46,221 bases of DNA from Actinomycetota bacterium. GTDB lineage: Bacteria > Actinomycetota > Aquicultoria > CAJVYJ01 > JAUVQD01. The notes under the pieces were generated by a model. The model had not been told where the DNA came from, ran no database searches, and saw only the letters and a list, made by a program, of their open reading frames with translations. Made by a program: the position numbers and the translations under genes. Positions 16,532 through 25,038 of the stretch are shown piece by piece (within the stretch, counting starts at the first letter, position 1; each line of letters starts with the position of its first letter). Location: NCBI GenBank assembly GCA_030679975.1, contig JAUXSL010000102.1:1-46221 (forward strand). Direction: 5' to 3'.

Positions 16532-18741
16532 AATCGCAGCCTCTTGAGCGACACAGCGTTGACCGCTACGATTATCGATGAGGCCGACATCAGCAGGGCC
16601 GAAATCTCCGGCCGCAGTACTACCCCGTAGGATTTGTAAAAGACGCCGGCGGCCACCGGGATCGCCAGCACATTGTAAATGGCGGCCCAGAACAGGTTCT
16701 GCTTCATCTTCCTGACCGTGGCCTTGCTTAGGCGGATGGCTGAGAGAATGTCGGCCGGGTCCGATCTCATCAGGACGACCTTGGCCGTCTCAATCGCCAC
16801 GTCGGTACCGGCGCCGATGGCGATGCCGATATCCGCCTGGGCCAGCGCCGGGGCGTCGTTGATGCCGTCGCCGACCATGGCCGTGAACTTGCCCTCATCC
16901 TGCAGTTTTTTGACGTGAGCCGCCTTGTCGGCCGGCAGCACCTCGGCAAAGACCCGGTCGATGCCCAGTTCGCTCGCGACAATGTCGGCGGTGGCCCGGT
17001 TGTCGCCGGTTATCATAACCGCTTCAATGCCCAGCGCTTTAAACCCGTCGATAGCTTCCTTGGCGGTCGGCTTAACGGTGTCGGCGGCGCCGATCACCCC
17101 GGCCGGACCGCCGTCCGATGCTACCAGCATTAGCGTGTTCCCTTGTTGTCGCAGTTGATCGATAGATGGTTGCAGGTTTGAGAAATCTATTTTTGATTCG
17201 GTCATGAGTCGCTCGGTCCCCACCAGCACCGCTTGACCGTCGAGCCGGGCTCTTATGCCGCGGCCGGGTATGGTCTCGAAGTCGCCGGCGTGGGCCGGCA
17301 ATGCCACACCGCGCCTTTCGCCTTCCTCCAGGACGGCGATGCTTAGGGGATGGGTCGATCGTCGTTCGGCTGCCGTTGCCAGTTTAATAACTTCGTCCTC
17401 ATCGAACCCCCCGGCGGCGGCTACTCCGGTCACCCGCGGTTTACCCTCGGTCAGGGTGCCCGTCTTATCGAGGATGATCGCCTGGATCCTCGACGTTTCT
17501 TCGAGGGTCGAGGCGTCTTTAATGAGTATGTTATGCCGGGCGCCGATGCCGGAGCCGACGGCGACGGCCGTCGGAGTCGCCAGACCCAGGGCGTCCGGGC
17601 AGGCGATGACGATGGTTGAGATGGCGAAGGTTAGGGAGACCAGCAGCCCCGCGCCCTGGCCGAAAAACCAAAATACGAAGGCGGTTATACCGGCGCCGAC
17701 CGCCAGCACGACCAGATAAGCGGCTGCGCGATCGGCGAGGCGCTGCCCCGGCGCCTTGGAGTTCTGGGCCGTTTCGACCATTTTCACGATTTGCGCGAGG
17801 ACGGTATCCCCGCCGACTTTTGTGGCCCTGAACTTGATCGAGCCGGTCTGGTTGATGGAACCTCCGACCACCCCGTCCCCCGGCTTTTTTTCAACGGGCA
17901 GCGATTCGCCGGTCACCAGGGCTTCGTCAATCAGAGTCGTGCCTTCGCTCACGCTGCCGTCGACCGGCACCTTATCGCCCGGCCGCAGGATCACCACATC
18001 CCCGACGGCGATTTCGGTGCTGGGGATGGAAATCTCGGCGCCGTTACGCTCAACCAGGGCCTTGGGCGGCACCAGGTTGAAGAGCGCCGTCAGGGCGTCG
18101 GACGTGCCCCGGCGCGAGCGCATCTCCATCCAGTGGCCGAAGAGAACAAAAGTTACCAGCAGGGCCGCCGCTTCAAAAAATGTCTCCTGACCCAGAGGGG
18201 TTAGAACGACGCTGAAAAGATAGGCCGCCAGGACGCCGGTTGAAATGAGGACGGACATGTTCAACATGCGTTGTTTAAGCGAGTAATAGGCGCCGACTAT
18301 GAAGATCGAGCCGGCCCAAAAGACGACCGGCGTGGTGAGCAGTAAAAGGAGCCAATTGACCGGGATAGGCGTCGGCAGGCGAATCCCCAGGGCCATGGCG
18401 GCCGGCGAATAAAGAAAGATCGGGATAGACAGCAAAAGGGAGATAAAGAAGCGCCGGCGCATATCGGCTTCCATTTCGGCGGCCATGGCCGGGTTGGACA
18501 TGGCCGCCTCGTGGTCGGCGTGCGAAGCCGTTCGCATATCATGGCCCATACCGGCGTGACTTTTGTGTTCATCGACTCGATATTCGTATTGCTTGGCTTC
18601 AAGGTCACAGCCGCAGTTGACGGCCAGGCGCTCGGCGACACAGCCGGGGCAATTCTCGGAACAACAATCGCATTTTAAGGGCTTTGAATCAACGTTCGGG
18701 GGATGATGCGAATGTTCGCGTTCGTGTTGGTGAGAGCTCAT
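16528..18741 (-). CDS. copA: P1B-type heavy-metal (copper) translocating ATPase
   Basis: TGES, CPDALGLATP, DKTGTLT, HP, GDGINDAPALA, YN and MSASS motifs; His/Cys-rich N-terminus. Confidence 0.9.
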   Translation of the reverse strand: MSSHQHEREHSHHPPNVDSKPLKCDCCSENCPGCVAERLAVNCGCDLEAKQYEYRVDEHKSHAGMGHDMRTASHADHEAAMSNPAMAAEMEADMRRRFFISLLLSIPIFLYSPAAMALGIRLPTPIPVNWLLLLLTTPVVFWAGSIFIVGAYYSLKQRMLNMSVLISTGVLAAYLFSVVLTPLGQETFFEAAALLVTFVLFGHWMEMRSRRGTSDALTALFNLVPPKALVERNGAEISIPSTEIAVGDVVILRPGDKVPVDGSVSEGTTLIDEALVTGESLPVEKKPGDGVVGGSINQTGSIKFRATKVGGDTVLAQIVKMVETAQNSKAPGQRLADRAAAYLVVLAVGAGITAFVFWFFGQGAGLLVSLTFAISTIVIACPDALGLATPTAVAVGSGIGARHNILIKDASTLEETSRIQAIILDKTGTLTEGKPRVTGVAAAGGFDEDEVIKLATAAERRSTHPLSIAVLEEGERRGVALPAHAGDFETIPGRGIRARLDGQAVLVGTERLMTESKIDFSNLQPSIDQLRQQGNTLMLVASDGGPAGVIGAADTVKPTAKEAIDGFKALGIEAVMITGDNRATADIVASELGIDRVFAEVLPADKAAHVKKLQDEGKFTAMVGDGINDAPALAQADIGIAIGAGTDVAIETAKVVLMRSDPADILSAIRLSKATVRKMKQNLFWAAIYNVLAIPVAAGVFYKSYGVVLRPEISALLMSASSIIVAVNAVSLKRLRL

Positions 18742-18813
18742 TTTTACTCCTTATCCGAATGATGCTCTATCGCCTGAATGGTTAAACCTACCCTTGCCAA
18801 AAATCCTTTTAGA

Positions 18814-18857
18814 TTGCCTTCAATCGCTAAGAAAGTTATTATACCCCCATAGGGTAT
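18814..18857 (+). promoter_or_regulatory. CsoR-type operator overlapping a candidate plus-strand promoter, upstream of copA on the other strand
   Basis: ATACCCCCATAGGGTAT at 18841-18857; TTGCCT-17 bp-TATTAT at 18814-18842. Confidence 0.75.
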
Positions 18858-19036
18858 CAAACAGCGCATTTTGAATTTCGTGACGGCAACCGTCCGGCTT
18901 TCAAACCGTCATGGTAGCGATAGCACGAAAGAATCTTTCCGTCCTTCTCATACTCGTCATCGAGGGGTTTGCCGCCGGTCTATACCAGCAAGCTACAGCC
19001 TTCATCAACGGTCGTCTAAGGGAGAGGGCAGCCGTT

Positions 19037-19117
19037 TTGGCCAAAGACCCGGTCTGCGGAATGGTGGTGCCACAGGAAAAAGCCGACTTGATTGCCGCGC
19101 CGGCGGATATTAGTTAA
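19037..19117 (+). pseudogene. Truncated YHS/TRASH metal-binding domain remnant
   Basis: AKDPVCGMVV present, but the downstream YYFCS..C half is missing before the stop. Confidence 0.6.
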
Positions 19118-19129
19118 GCTAGGGCGGTA

Positions 19130-19630
19130 ATGGCTGCCAACGCGCTGACGATTTTTCGAATTATCTTAATCCCGGTCGTCTTCAAAATGGTCATTGACGG
19201 CTCCCCTTGGGCGATAGTGTTCTTCGCTTTAGCCGCCTTGACGGACCTGCTTGACGGCCCTTTGGCGCGCCGGTCGAATAATGTCACTGAAGTTGGTCGG
19301 CTCCTGGATCCTTTCGCGGACAGGTTGTTTATATCGAGCATAGCCCTGGCCTTGTACATAAAGGGGTCGGTCCCGCCCATCTGGGCGTTGGGGCTATTAA
19401 TCGCCCGCGACGCGCTGATTCTCGGCAGCTCGATCTGGTTGAAACTTAAGGGCAGAGAGATCGCGGTCACCTATTTGGGCAAGGTCGCGACGGCTGTCTT
19501 GCTGGTGTCCATCTTATTGCTGGTCGCGGGGATAAGTCTAGGCGCCTGGATATTTTATATCGGCTTAGCCTTATACTTAGGCTCTGGTTTTAATTACCTG
19601 GCAAGGGGAAAAAAGCTACTTGATCCTTAA
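19130..19630 (+). CDS. pgsA: CDP-alcohol phosphatidyltransferase
   Basis: ANALTIFRI, TDLLDGPLARR....GRLLDPFADR signature. Confidence 0.88.
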   Translation: MAANALTIFRIILIPVVFKMVIDGSPWAIVFFALAALTDLLDGPLARRSNNVTEVGRLLDPFADRLFISSIALALYIKGSVPPIWALGLLIARDALILGSSIWLKLKGREIAVTYLGKVATAVLLVSILLLVAGISLGAWIFYIGLALYLGSGFNYLARGKKLLDP

Positions 19631-19651
19631 CTTATGAAAAAGAACGCAGAA

Positions 19652-19672
19652 TTCCATTTTCCATTTTCCATT
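19652..19672. repeat. Heptamer tandem repeat (TTCCATT)x3 abutting MITE B
   Basis: Read directly from the sequence. Confidence 0.85.
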
Positions 19673-19676
19673 TTGG

Positions 19677-19866
19677 AGAACGCGGCCCAAAGCCCCAGAT
19701 GCAAGCTTGCCCCGTACGTCGATACGGGGGCAGACGAACACCGAGGCGAGGGAGCGTATGTGCGATTACGTGACCGAGCCGAGGTGGAGGATAACCCGGG
19801 GTCCCCGCAAAGCGGACTTGGCTTTGTGGGGTGGAGCGTCGCAGATGGGGTTTTCAGCCGCGTTCT
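19677..19866. mobile_element. MITE-like palindromic element, family B (190 bp), carrying two nested hairpin modules
   Basis: Terminal inverted repeats AGAACGCGGC / GCCGCGTTCT with imperfect extension (AAAGCCCC..TGC / GCA..GGGGTTTT); nested CCCCGTA-cgtcga-TACGGGG at 19710-19729 and the 34-bp GGGGTCCCC module at 19798-19831. Confidence 0.8.
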
Positions 19867-19878
19867 AGAGGTGCGCCT

Positions 19879-22380
19879 ATGCCAATGATAAAAGCAGTGG
19901 TAATGGCCGGCGGCGAGGGTACCAGGATGCGCCCTCTCACGAGCAACCAGCCAAAACCGATGGTGCCGGTCTTCAATAAACCGATCATGGAATATATAAT
20001 TGAGCTGCTTAAGCAACACAAGTTCAACGATATCGTCGTTACGCTCCAGTTTATGCCGCAGATGATAAAGAATTATTTCGGGGATGGGGCGGACCTGGGC
20101 GTGAATCTGAGCTACGCTGTGGAACAACAACCCTTAGGCACCGCCGGCAGCGTTAAGAATGCTCAAGACCACTTAGGCGGAACTTTTATTGTTATCAGCG
20201 GTGACGCGCTGACCGATATCGACCTGACAAAAATCGTTGAGTTCCACAAAAGCAAAAGGTCAATGGTGACGATTGCGCTTAAGAGGGTAGAGAACCCTCT
20301 TGAGTTCGGTGTTGTCATCACCAACGATCAGGGCCAGATAGAGCGCTTTTTAGAGAAGCCGAACTGGGGTGAAGTCTTTAGCGATACGATAAATACGGGC
20401 ATCTATGTCCTGGAGCCGGAGATATTCGATTACATTCCCGAAGGTGAGAGTGTGGATTTTTCCAAGGATGTCTTTCCGCGGGTCCTGGCCGATGGGCGCC
20501 CTCTTTACGGATGCGTGGTTGACGGTTATTGGTGCGACATCGGCAACTACGAACAATATGTCCAGGCGCATCAAGATATTATGCAGGGGAAAGCCGATCT
20601 CAAACCGCCGGGCATCAAGATGCGTGACGATGTTTGGGTCGGCGAGGGAGCGTTTGTCGACCCATCCGCGGATATCAGCGGGCCGGTCGTTATCGGCCAA
20701 CACGCCAGGCTGGAGCGCGATGTGGAAGTGCACGAGTTTTCGGTCATCGGTCCCAACGTCGTCTTGAAGACGGGCGCCCACATACATCGCTCGATAATCT
20801 GGGAGAACACATACATCGGGTCGCAAACCCATTTGCACGGCGGGGTCATCGGCAAAAACTGCGACATTAAGAATGGCGCGAGGATCGATCAAGGTGTGGT
20901 CATCGGCGATGAATGCGTCATCGGTGAAAACGCCATCATCAATCACGATGTCAAAATCTACCCCTTCAAGAGCGTGGACAGCGGAGCCACAATCAATAAC
21001 AGCATAATCTGGGAGACCAGGGGGATGCGCAGTCTCTTTGGCAAAGAGGGCGTCACGGGGCTGGTAGGCATCGACATCACTCCGGACCTGGCGGTTCGCC
21101 TGGCGATGGCTTATGGTACATCGTTACCAAAGGGCAGTGATGTAGTGGTCAGCGGCGACATTAGCCGGGCGGCGCGGATGATAAAGAGGGCCATGATATC
21201 CGGGCTGAACGCGACCGGCGTTCACTGCCGGGACCTGCGTGTTACTCCTACCCCTGTCAACCGTTTCAGTGTTCATACCGGCCAGGGAGTCGGTGGCTTC
21301 CACGTCAGGGTCTCTCCGTTTGACGCCCAGACCATACAGATCAATTTCTTCGACGCGCACGGCCTCGACATAAAGGAAAGCGATCAACGCGGCATAGAGA
21401 GATACTTTTATCGGGGCGATTTTAGGCGTGTTTACTACACGGAATTCGGCGGAGTCTATTTCCCGGCCCGGAGCCGGGAATATTATACCGACGGTCTGCT
21501 CAAAGCTGTCGATCAGCGGATAATCAACCAACGGAACCTGAAGATCATCTTGGATTTCTATCACGGCAGCGCTTCGCTGACGTTTCCGATGGTGCTGGGC
21601 ACGCTGGAGTGCGAAATCGTCTCGCTCAACGCTTTTACCCAAGAGAGCAAGATAGCGATGGGCCAGGATGCCCTGATGGACGCGATAGAGCAACTTGAGC
21701 AGACTGTGACCGTCTTCAAGGCCGACATGGGAATGCTGATAGATACGGCGGGAGAAAAAGTCTACCTGGTCGACGATCAAGGCAGGCGCCTGTCTCTAAA
21801 CCAGGCGCTGATGGTTTTTGTCGAATTGATGTCAAAACACGGCGGTAAGGGAAAACTGGCGTTGCCGCTGTCTGTGCCAAGTATGGCGGAAAAAATCGCC
21901 GGCAAATACGATCGCACCGTTCTGCGGGTAAAAATGAGTTCCAGGGCGTTAATGGAGGCTGCCAACCGGCGGGATGTGATGTTCGCCGGCGCCCAGGGCG
22001 GCGGTTATATCTTCCCGCGGTTTCTCCCCGCTTACGATGCCGCCATGACTCTCTGTCAATTGCTTGAGCTGTTGGCTCGAGAAGGTCGTCCGCTCTCTGC
22101 CATCAGAGCGGACCTGCCCGATCCGTTCCTGGCGCAAAAAAACGCTTTCTGTTCGTGGGAGCAAAAGGGCTTGGTGATGCGCCGGCTGATCGAGGAAGCG
22201 AAAGATAAGAACGTCGAGCTGATCGATGGTATAAAGATATATGAAGATGGCGGATGGGCGCTCATCTTGCCGGATCCGGATGAGCCGATTTTCCGCATTT
22301 ATGCTGAAGCGCAAAATAATTCTCTGGCGGAAGCGAAAGTTGATGATATTATTCACTTTATTAATTCAATCATAATGTAG
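19879..22380 (+). CDS. Mannose-1-phosphate guanylyltransferase fused to a phosphomannomutase-like domain
   Basis: MAGGEGTRMRPLT..PKPMVP, EKP, hexapeptide repeats, LFG..GVTG phosphohexomutase fold; ATG 19879 follows GAGGT. Confidence 0.88.
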   Translation: MPMIKAVVMAGGEGTRMRPLTSNQPKPMVPVFNKPIMEYIIELLKQHKFNDIVVTLQFMPQMIKNYFGDGADLGVNLSYAVEQQPLGTAGSVKNAQDHLGGTFIVISGDALTDIDLTKIVEFHKSKRSMVTIALKRVENPLEFGVVITNDQGQIERFLEKPNWGEVFSDTINTGIYVLEPEIFDYIPEGESVDFSKDVFPRVLADGRPLYGCVVDGYWCDIGNYEQYVQAHQDIMQGKADLKPPGIKMRDDVWVGEGAFVDPSADISGPVVIGQHARLERDVEVHEFSVIGPNVVLKTGAHIHRSIIWENTYIGSQTHLHGGVIGKNCDIKNGARIDQGVVIGDECVIGENAIINHDVKIYPFKSVDSGATINNSIIWETRGMRSLFGKEGVTGLVGIDITPDLAVRLAMAYGTSLPKGSDVVVSGDISRAARMIKRAMISGLNATGVHCRDLRVTPTPVNRFSVHTGQGVGGFHVRVSPFDAQTIQINFFDAHGLDIKESDQRGIERYFYRGDFRRVYYTEFGGVYFPARSREYYTDGLLKAVDQRIINQRNLKIILDFYHGSASLTFPMVLGTLECEIVSLNAFTQESKIAMGQDALMDAIEQLEQTVTVFKADMGMLIDTAGEKVYLVDDQGRRLSLNQALMVFVELMSKHGGKGKLALPLSVPSMAEKIAGKYDRTVLRVKMSSRALMEAANRRDVMFAGAQGGGYIFPRFLPAYDAAMTLCQLLELLAREGRPLSAIRADLPDPFLAQKNAFCSWEQKGLVMRRLIEEAKDKNVELIDGIKIYEDGGWALILPDPDEPIFRIYAEAQNNSLAEAKVDDIIHFINSIIM

Positions 22381-23112
22381 GTGTTTTTTTTGGGATTTAA
22401 GCTCGGCCGGTGGCATCTCTCGCTCGCGATCGTCTTCTTTATCCTCGGGTTTCTTCTCTCCACGGCCTTCAGCACCCAACAGCGCTGGGGTGCGCGGCCG
22501 GGACTGCGCAAACAGACCTTAGTCGACTTGATCGAGCAGAAGCGCCGCGAACGCGAGAAACTCGGCGGCCAACTTATCGATGTAAGAAAAAAGGTTGACA
22601 ACCTGGACTCCGACCGCGCGGGGCGATTGGGAGCGTTGGCAAATTACAGTCGCGAACTTGAGAGCCTGCGGCTTAAGGCGGGTTTGAAGGTAGTCAGCGG
22701 ACCGGGTATCGACCTCCTCATCGGGGACGCGCCGAGAGTGCCTGTTGGGGCCGACCCCGACAGTTTCCTAATACACGACTATGACCTTCAAATAATCACT
22801 AACGCTTTGTGGCGCGGAGGCGCACAGGCCTTGTCGATAAACGGTGAGAGGTTCGTGACTAATACGGGTATCCGTTCCGCCGGCAGCACTATCTTGATAA
22901 ACTCCAAACCGCAAGGCGGCCCGTATCGCATACAAGCGATCGGTGAGCCGAAAAGACTGGTGCGGTTTCTGAAGACTGACAGCGATGCGGCTCTCCTGAT
23001 GGGGGACTACGCTCAGAAATATGGTTTAATAACGAAACTGTCCACACGGAAAATGGTTACGGTTCCGGCGTATATAGGGAGCTTAAGATTGCAGTCACTG
23101 GGGAGAAAATAG
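22381..23112 (+). CDS. DUF881 family membrane-anchored protein
   Basis: N-terminal TM, coiled coil, AGL..VSGPGI, IHDYDLQ...NALWRGGAQALSINGER, PYRIQAIG. Confidence 0.85.
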   Translation: MFFLGFKLGRWHLSLAIVFFILGFLLSTAFSTQQRWGARPGLRKQTLVDLIEQKRREREKLGGQLIDVRKKVDNLDSDRAGRLGALANYSRELESLRLKAGLKVVSGPGIDLLIGDAPRVPVGADPDSFLIHDYDLQIITNALWRGGAQALSINGERFVTNTGIRSAGSTILINSKPQGGPYRIQAIGEPKRLVRFLKTDSDAALLMGDYAQKYGLITKLSTRKMVTVPAYIGSLRLQSLGRK

Positions 23113-23451
23113 ATGTTGCCGCTTATAGGTCTGTTGACGGGGATAATCTTAGGGATGCTGTTTCGCGTGCCGGTGCCGGCATGGATGGCTCGTTATTTGG
23201 GAATCGCTTTGTTGGCCGCGCTCGACAGCGCGCTGGGCGGTCTGCGCGCGAGTCTCGAACAAAAATTCAATGAGAAACTGTTCATCGGCGGATTTCTGGC
23301 CAACACGACCATAGCCGGTTTAATCGTTTACATCGGCGATAACCTGGGGATTGAGATTTACTTAGCAGCGGTTGTCGCCTTCGGAGTGCGCCTGTTTCAA
23401 AATCTCGCAATCATACGCCGGCACTATTTTCAGATCCATCACTGGGAATGA
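23113..23451 (+). CDS. sbp: Small basic protein (DUF1290)
   Basis: YLGIALLAALDS..GGLRA, GVRLFQNLAIIRR; between two DUF881 genes. Confidence 0.88.
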   Translation: MLPLIGLLTGIILGMLFRVPVPAWMARYLGIALLAALDSALGGLRASLEQKFNEKLFIGGFLANTTIAGLIVYIGDNLGIEIYLAAVVAFGVRLFQNLAIIRRHYFQIHHWE

Positions 23452-23454
23452 TTT

Positions 23455-24117
23455 ATGGGAAGCGATAATAGGATGCTTAGGGCGCAGGTAATAATCGCGG
23501 TCGCGCTGCTGCTCTTTGGCTTTGGCCTGGTAACCCAATTAATCTCTCGAGAACAGCTGAGTGAGCGGCTGACGGCGCAGTCTGAGCCTGATCTTATCCA
23601 AATAATCGACAGTCTGGACGCGGAGATAAGTTCGATCCGGTCTGAATTGACGGACCAGCAGGTAAGGCTGGTCGGCTTCGAGGATAATGAAACAAGCAAT
23701 CAAGCCATTATAAATAGAGACAAGAATGAGATAGCTGATTTAAGACTGCTTCTCGGCGTCGAGGGCGCTGAAGGCCCGGGAATAGTCATTGAAATAAGAG
23801 ATAGACAGCGCTTGTTGACCGGATTCGACTTGCGCCAAATAATCGAAGAGATACGTTCCTCCGGCGCCTGGGCGATAGCAGTCAATGGGCGAAGGCTCGA
23901 TGAGCGGACCAGTTTTTGGCGCAATTCCGGCTCCGTCTACATCGACGGCTTAAAACTGAAGCCTGTTTTTAAGATTGAGGCGGTTGGCGACGCCGGTCTG
24001 CTCTATCAAGCGATAACTCTGCCGAGAGGCATCCGCGACAAACTGGGTACTTTTAACGGGGTCAGCGTGAGCGTCAGGCGGCAATCAAGATTAAGATTAT
24101 CAGCGGTCAGGCAATAA
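23455..24117 (+). CDS. DUF881 family protein
   Basis: TM, coiled coil, GAEGPGIVIEIRD, EEIRSSGAWAIAVNGRR, FKIEAVGD. Confidence 0.85.
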   Translation: MGSDNRMLRAQVIIAVALLLFGFGLVTQLISREQLSERLTAQSEPDLIQIIDSLDAEISSIRSELTDQQVRLVGFEDNETSNQAIINRDKNEIADLRLLLGVEGAEGPGIVIEIRDRQRLLTGFDLRQIIEEIRSSGAWAIAVNGRRLDERTSFWRNSGSVYIDGLKLKPVFKIEAVGDAGLLYQAITLPRGIRDKLGTFNGVSVSVRRQSRLRLSAVRQ

Positions 24118-24901
24118 ATTTAGCCAGATCGCGCTCGGGGAGCATGGCTTTTATTTCAGCTTCATTTTCCGGCATGTTAAGAACCCGTTCGCAAATCATC
24201 TTAGGGTAGACGGCCATTTGCGTGGCCTGAATAAGGTAGGCTTTTTCGAGTCGCTCAAAAACCAGGCGAGCAGCTTGAACGGGCGTTTCCGGAAGAACCA
24301 GGCAAAAGCAGTTGTCGCTTAGGTAGCCCACTTCGTCAATTAATCTTACATGGCTTCGCATGATGTTGGCTACTTTTCCGATCAGCTTTTCACGAGCAGC
24401 CGTCTCCGAGGGTTGCGTCCAATCAAGGGTTACGAACAGGATTGAAAAGGGTCGGGCGTGACGATGATACTCACTAAATAAACGCGCTATCGACTTTTGC
24501 AGATAGGCTTGACTGTAAAGATGCGTCTGATCTTCGAGGTGCTCCCCGCCGGCCAGCCCGGCAATGAGATATTTGCTTCGAGTCGCCAACTCGCTTCCGA
24601 ATATGCCGATCAAACCAAAAAGGACGGCCCTGGCCATAACGGACCGACCGTCCTGAGTCAATAGATTCAAGTTGTTAATTTCCTCCACCCTGGCGATCAA
24701 ATATATCATCGCTCCACTGGTGGCGGCCATGAATCCCAGTTGTCTGCCATAGTGCAGGGCGATAAAGAGAATCGGTACGAAGAGTGCTTGGCCTAGAATT
24801 TCCGACGATGGCGCTCTTTGAGTGAATGAAATTATAATTGACAATAAGACGGCAGAAAAAGTCAGAGCTAAAAACAGAATTTCCAGTCTGCGATATTTCA
24901 C
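24107..24901 (-). CDS. Membrane protein with a degenerate GGDEF-like domain
   Basis: N-terminal TM helices; DQTHLY, RPFSILF, VRLID.VGYL-SDNCF-CLVLPET (SDNCF at the GGDEF position); GTG 24901 after AAGGA. Confidence 0.7.
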   Translation of the reverse strand: MKYRRLEILFLALTFSAVLLSIIISFTQRAPSSEILGQALFVPILFIALHYGRQLGFMAATSGAMIYLIARVEEINNLNLLTQDGRSVMARAVLFGLIGIFGSELATRSKYLIAGLAGGEHLEDQTHLYSQAYLQKSIARLFSEYHRHARPFSILFVTLDWTQPSETAAREKLIGKVANIMRSHVRLIDEVGYLSDNCFCLVLPETPVQAARLVFERLEKAYLIQATQMAVYPKMICERVLNMPENEAEIKAMLPERDLAKFIA

Positions 24902-25038
24902 AAAGATCCTTTCCGCGGGAGAGTAAAAAGTCAATATATTAATCGGCATTTTCGCGCCCGGCTTGAGAAATAATGAGAAGTCCGGGCCGAATGCGGTAAG
25001 ATGTTCGGAGATACTTGAGCCGGGCCGCGAAGAGTTTT

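Noticed and set aside
18911-19036. Possible csoR remnant upstream of the YHS fragment
   Set aside because: No convincing RLxRIEGQ or C-H-C motif in the translations available
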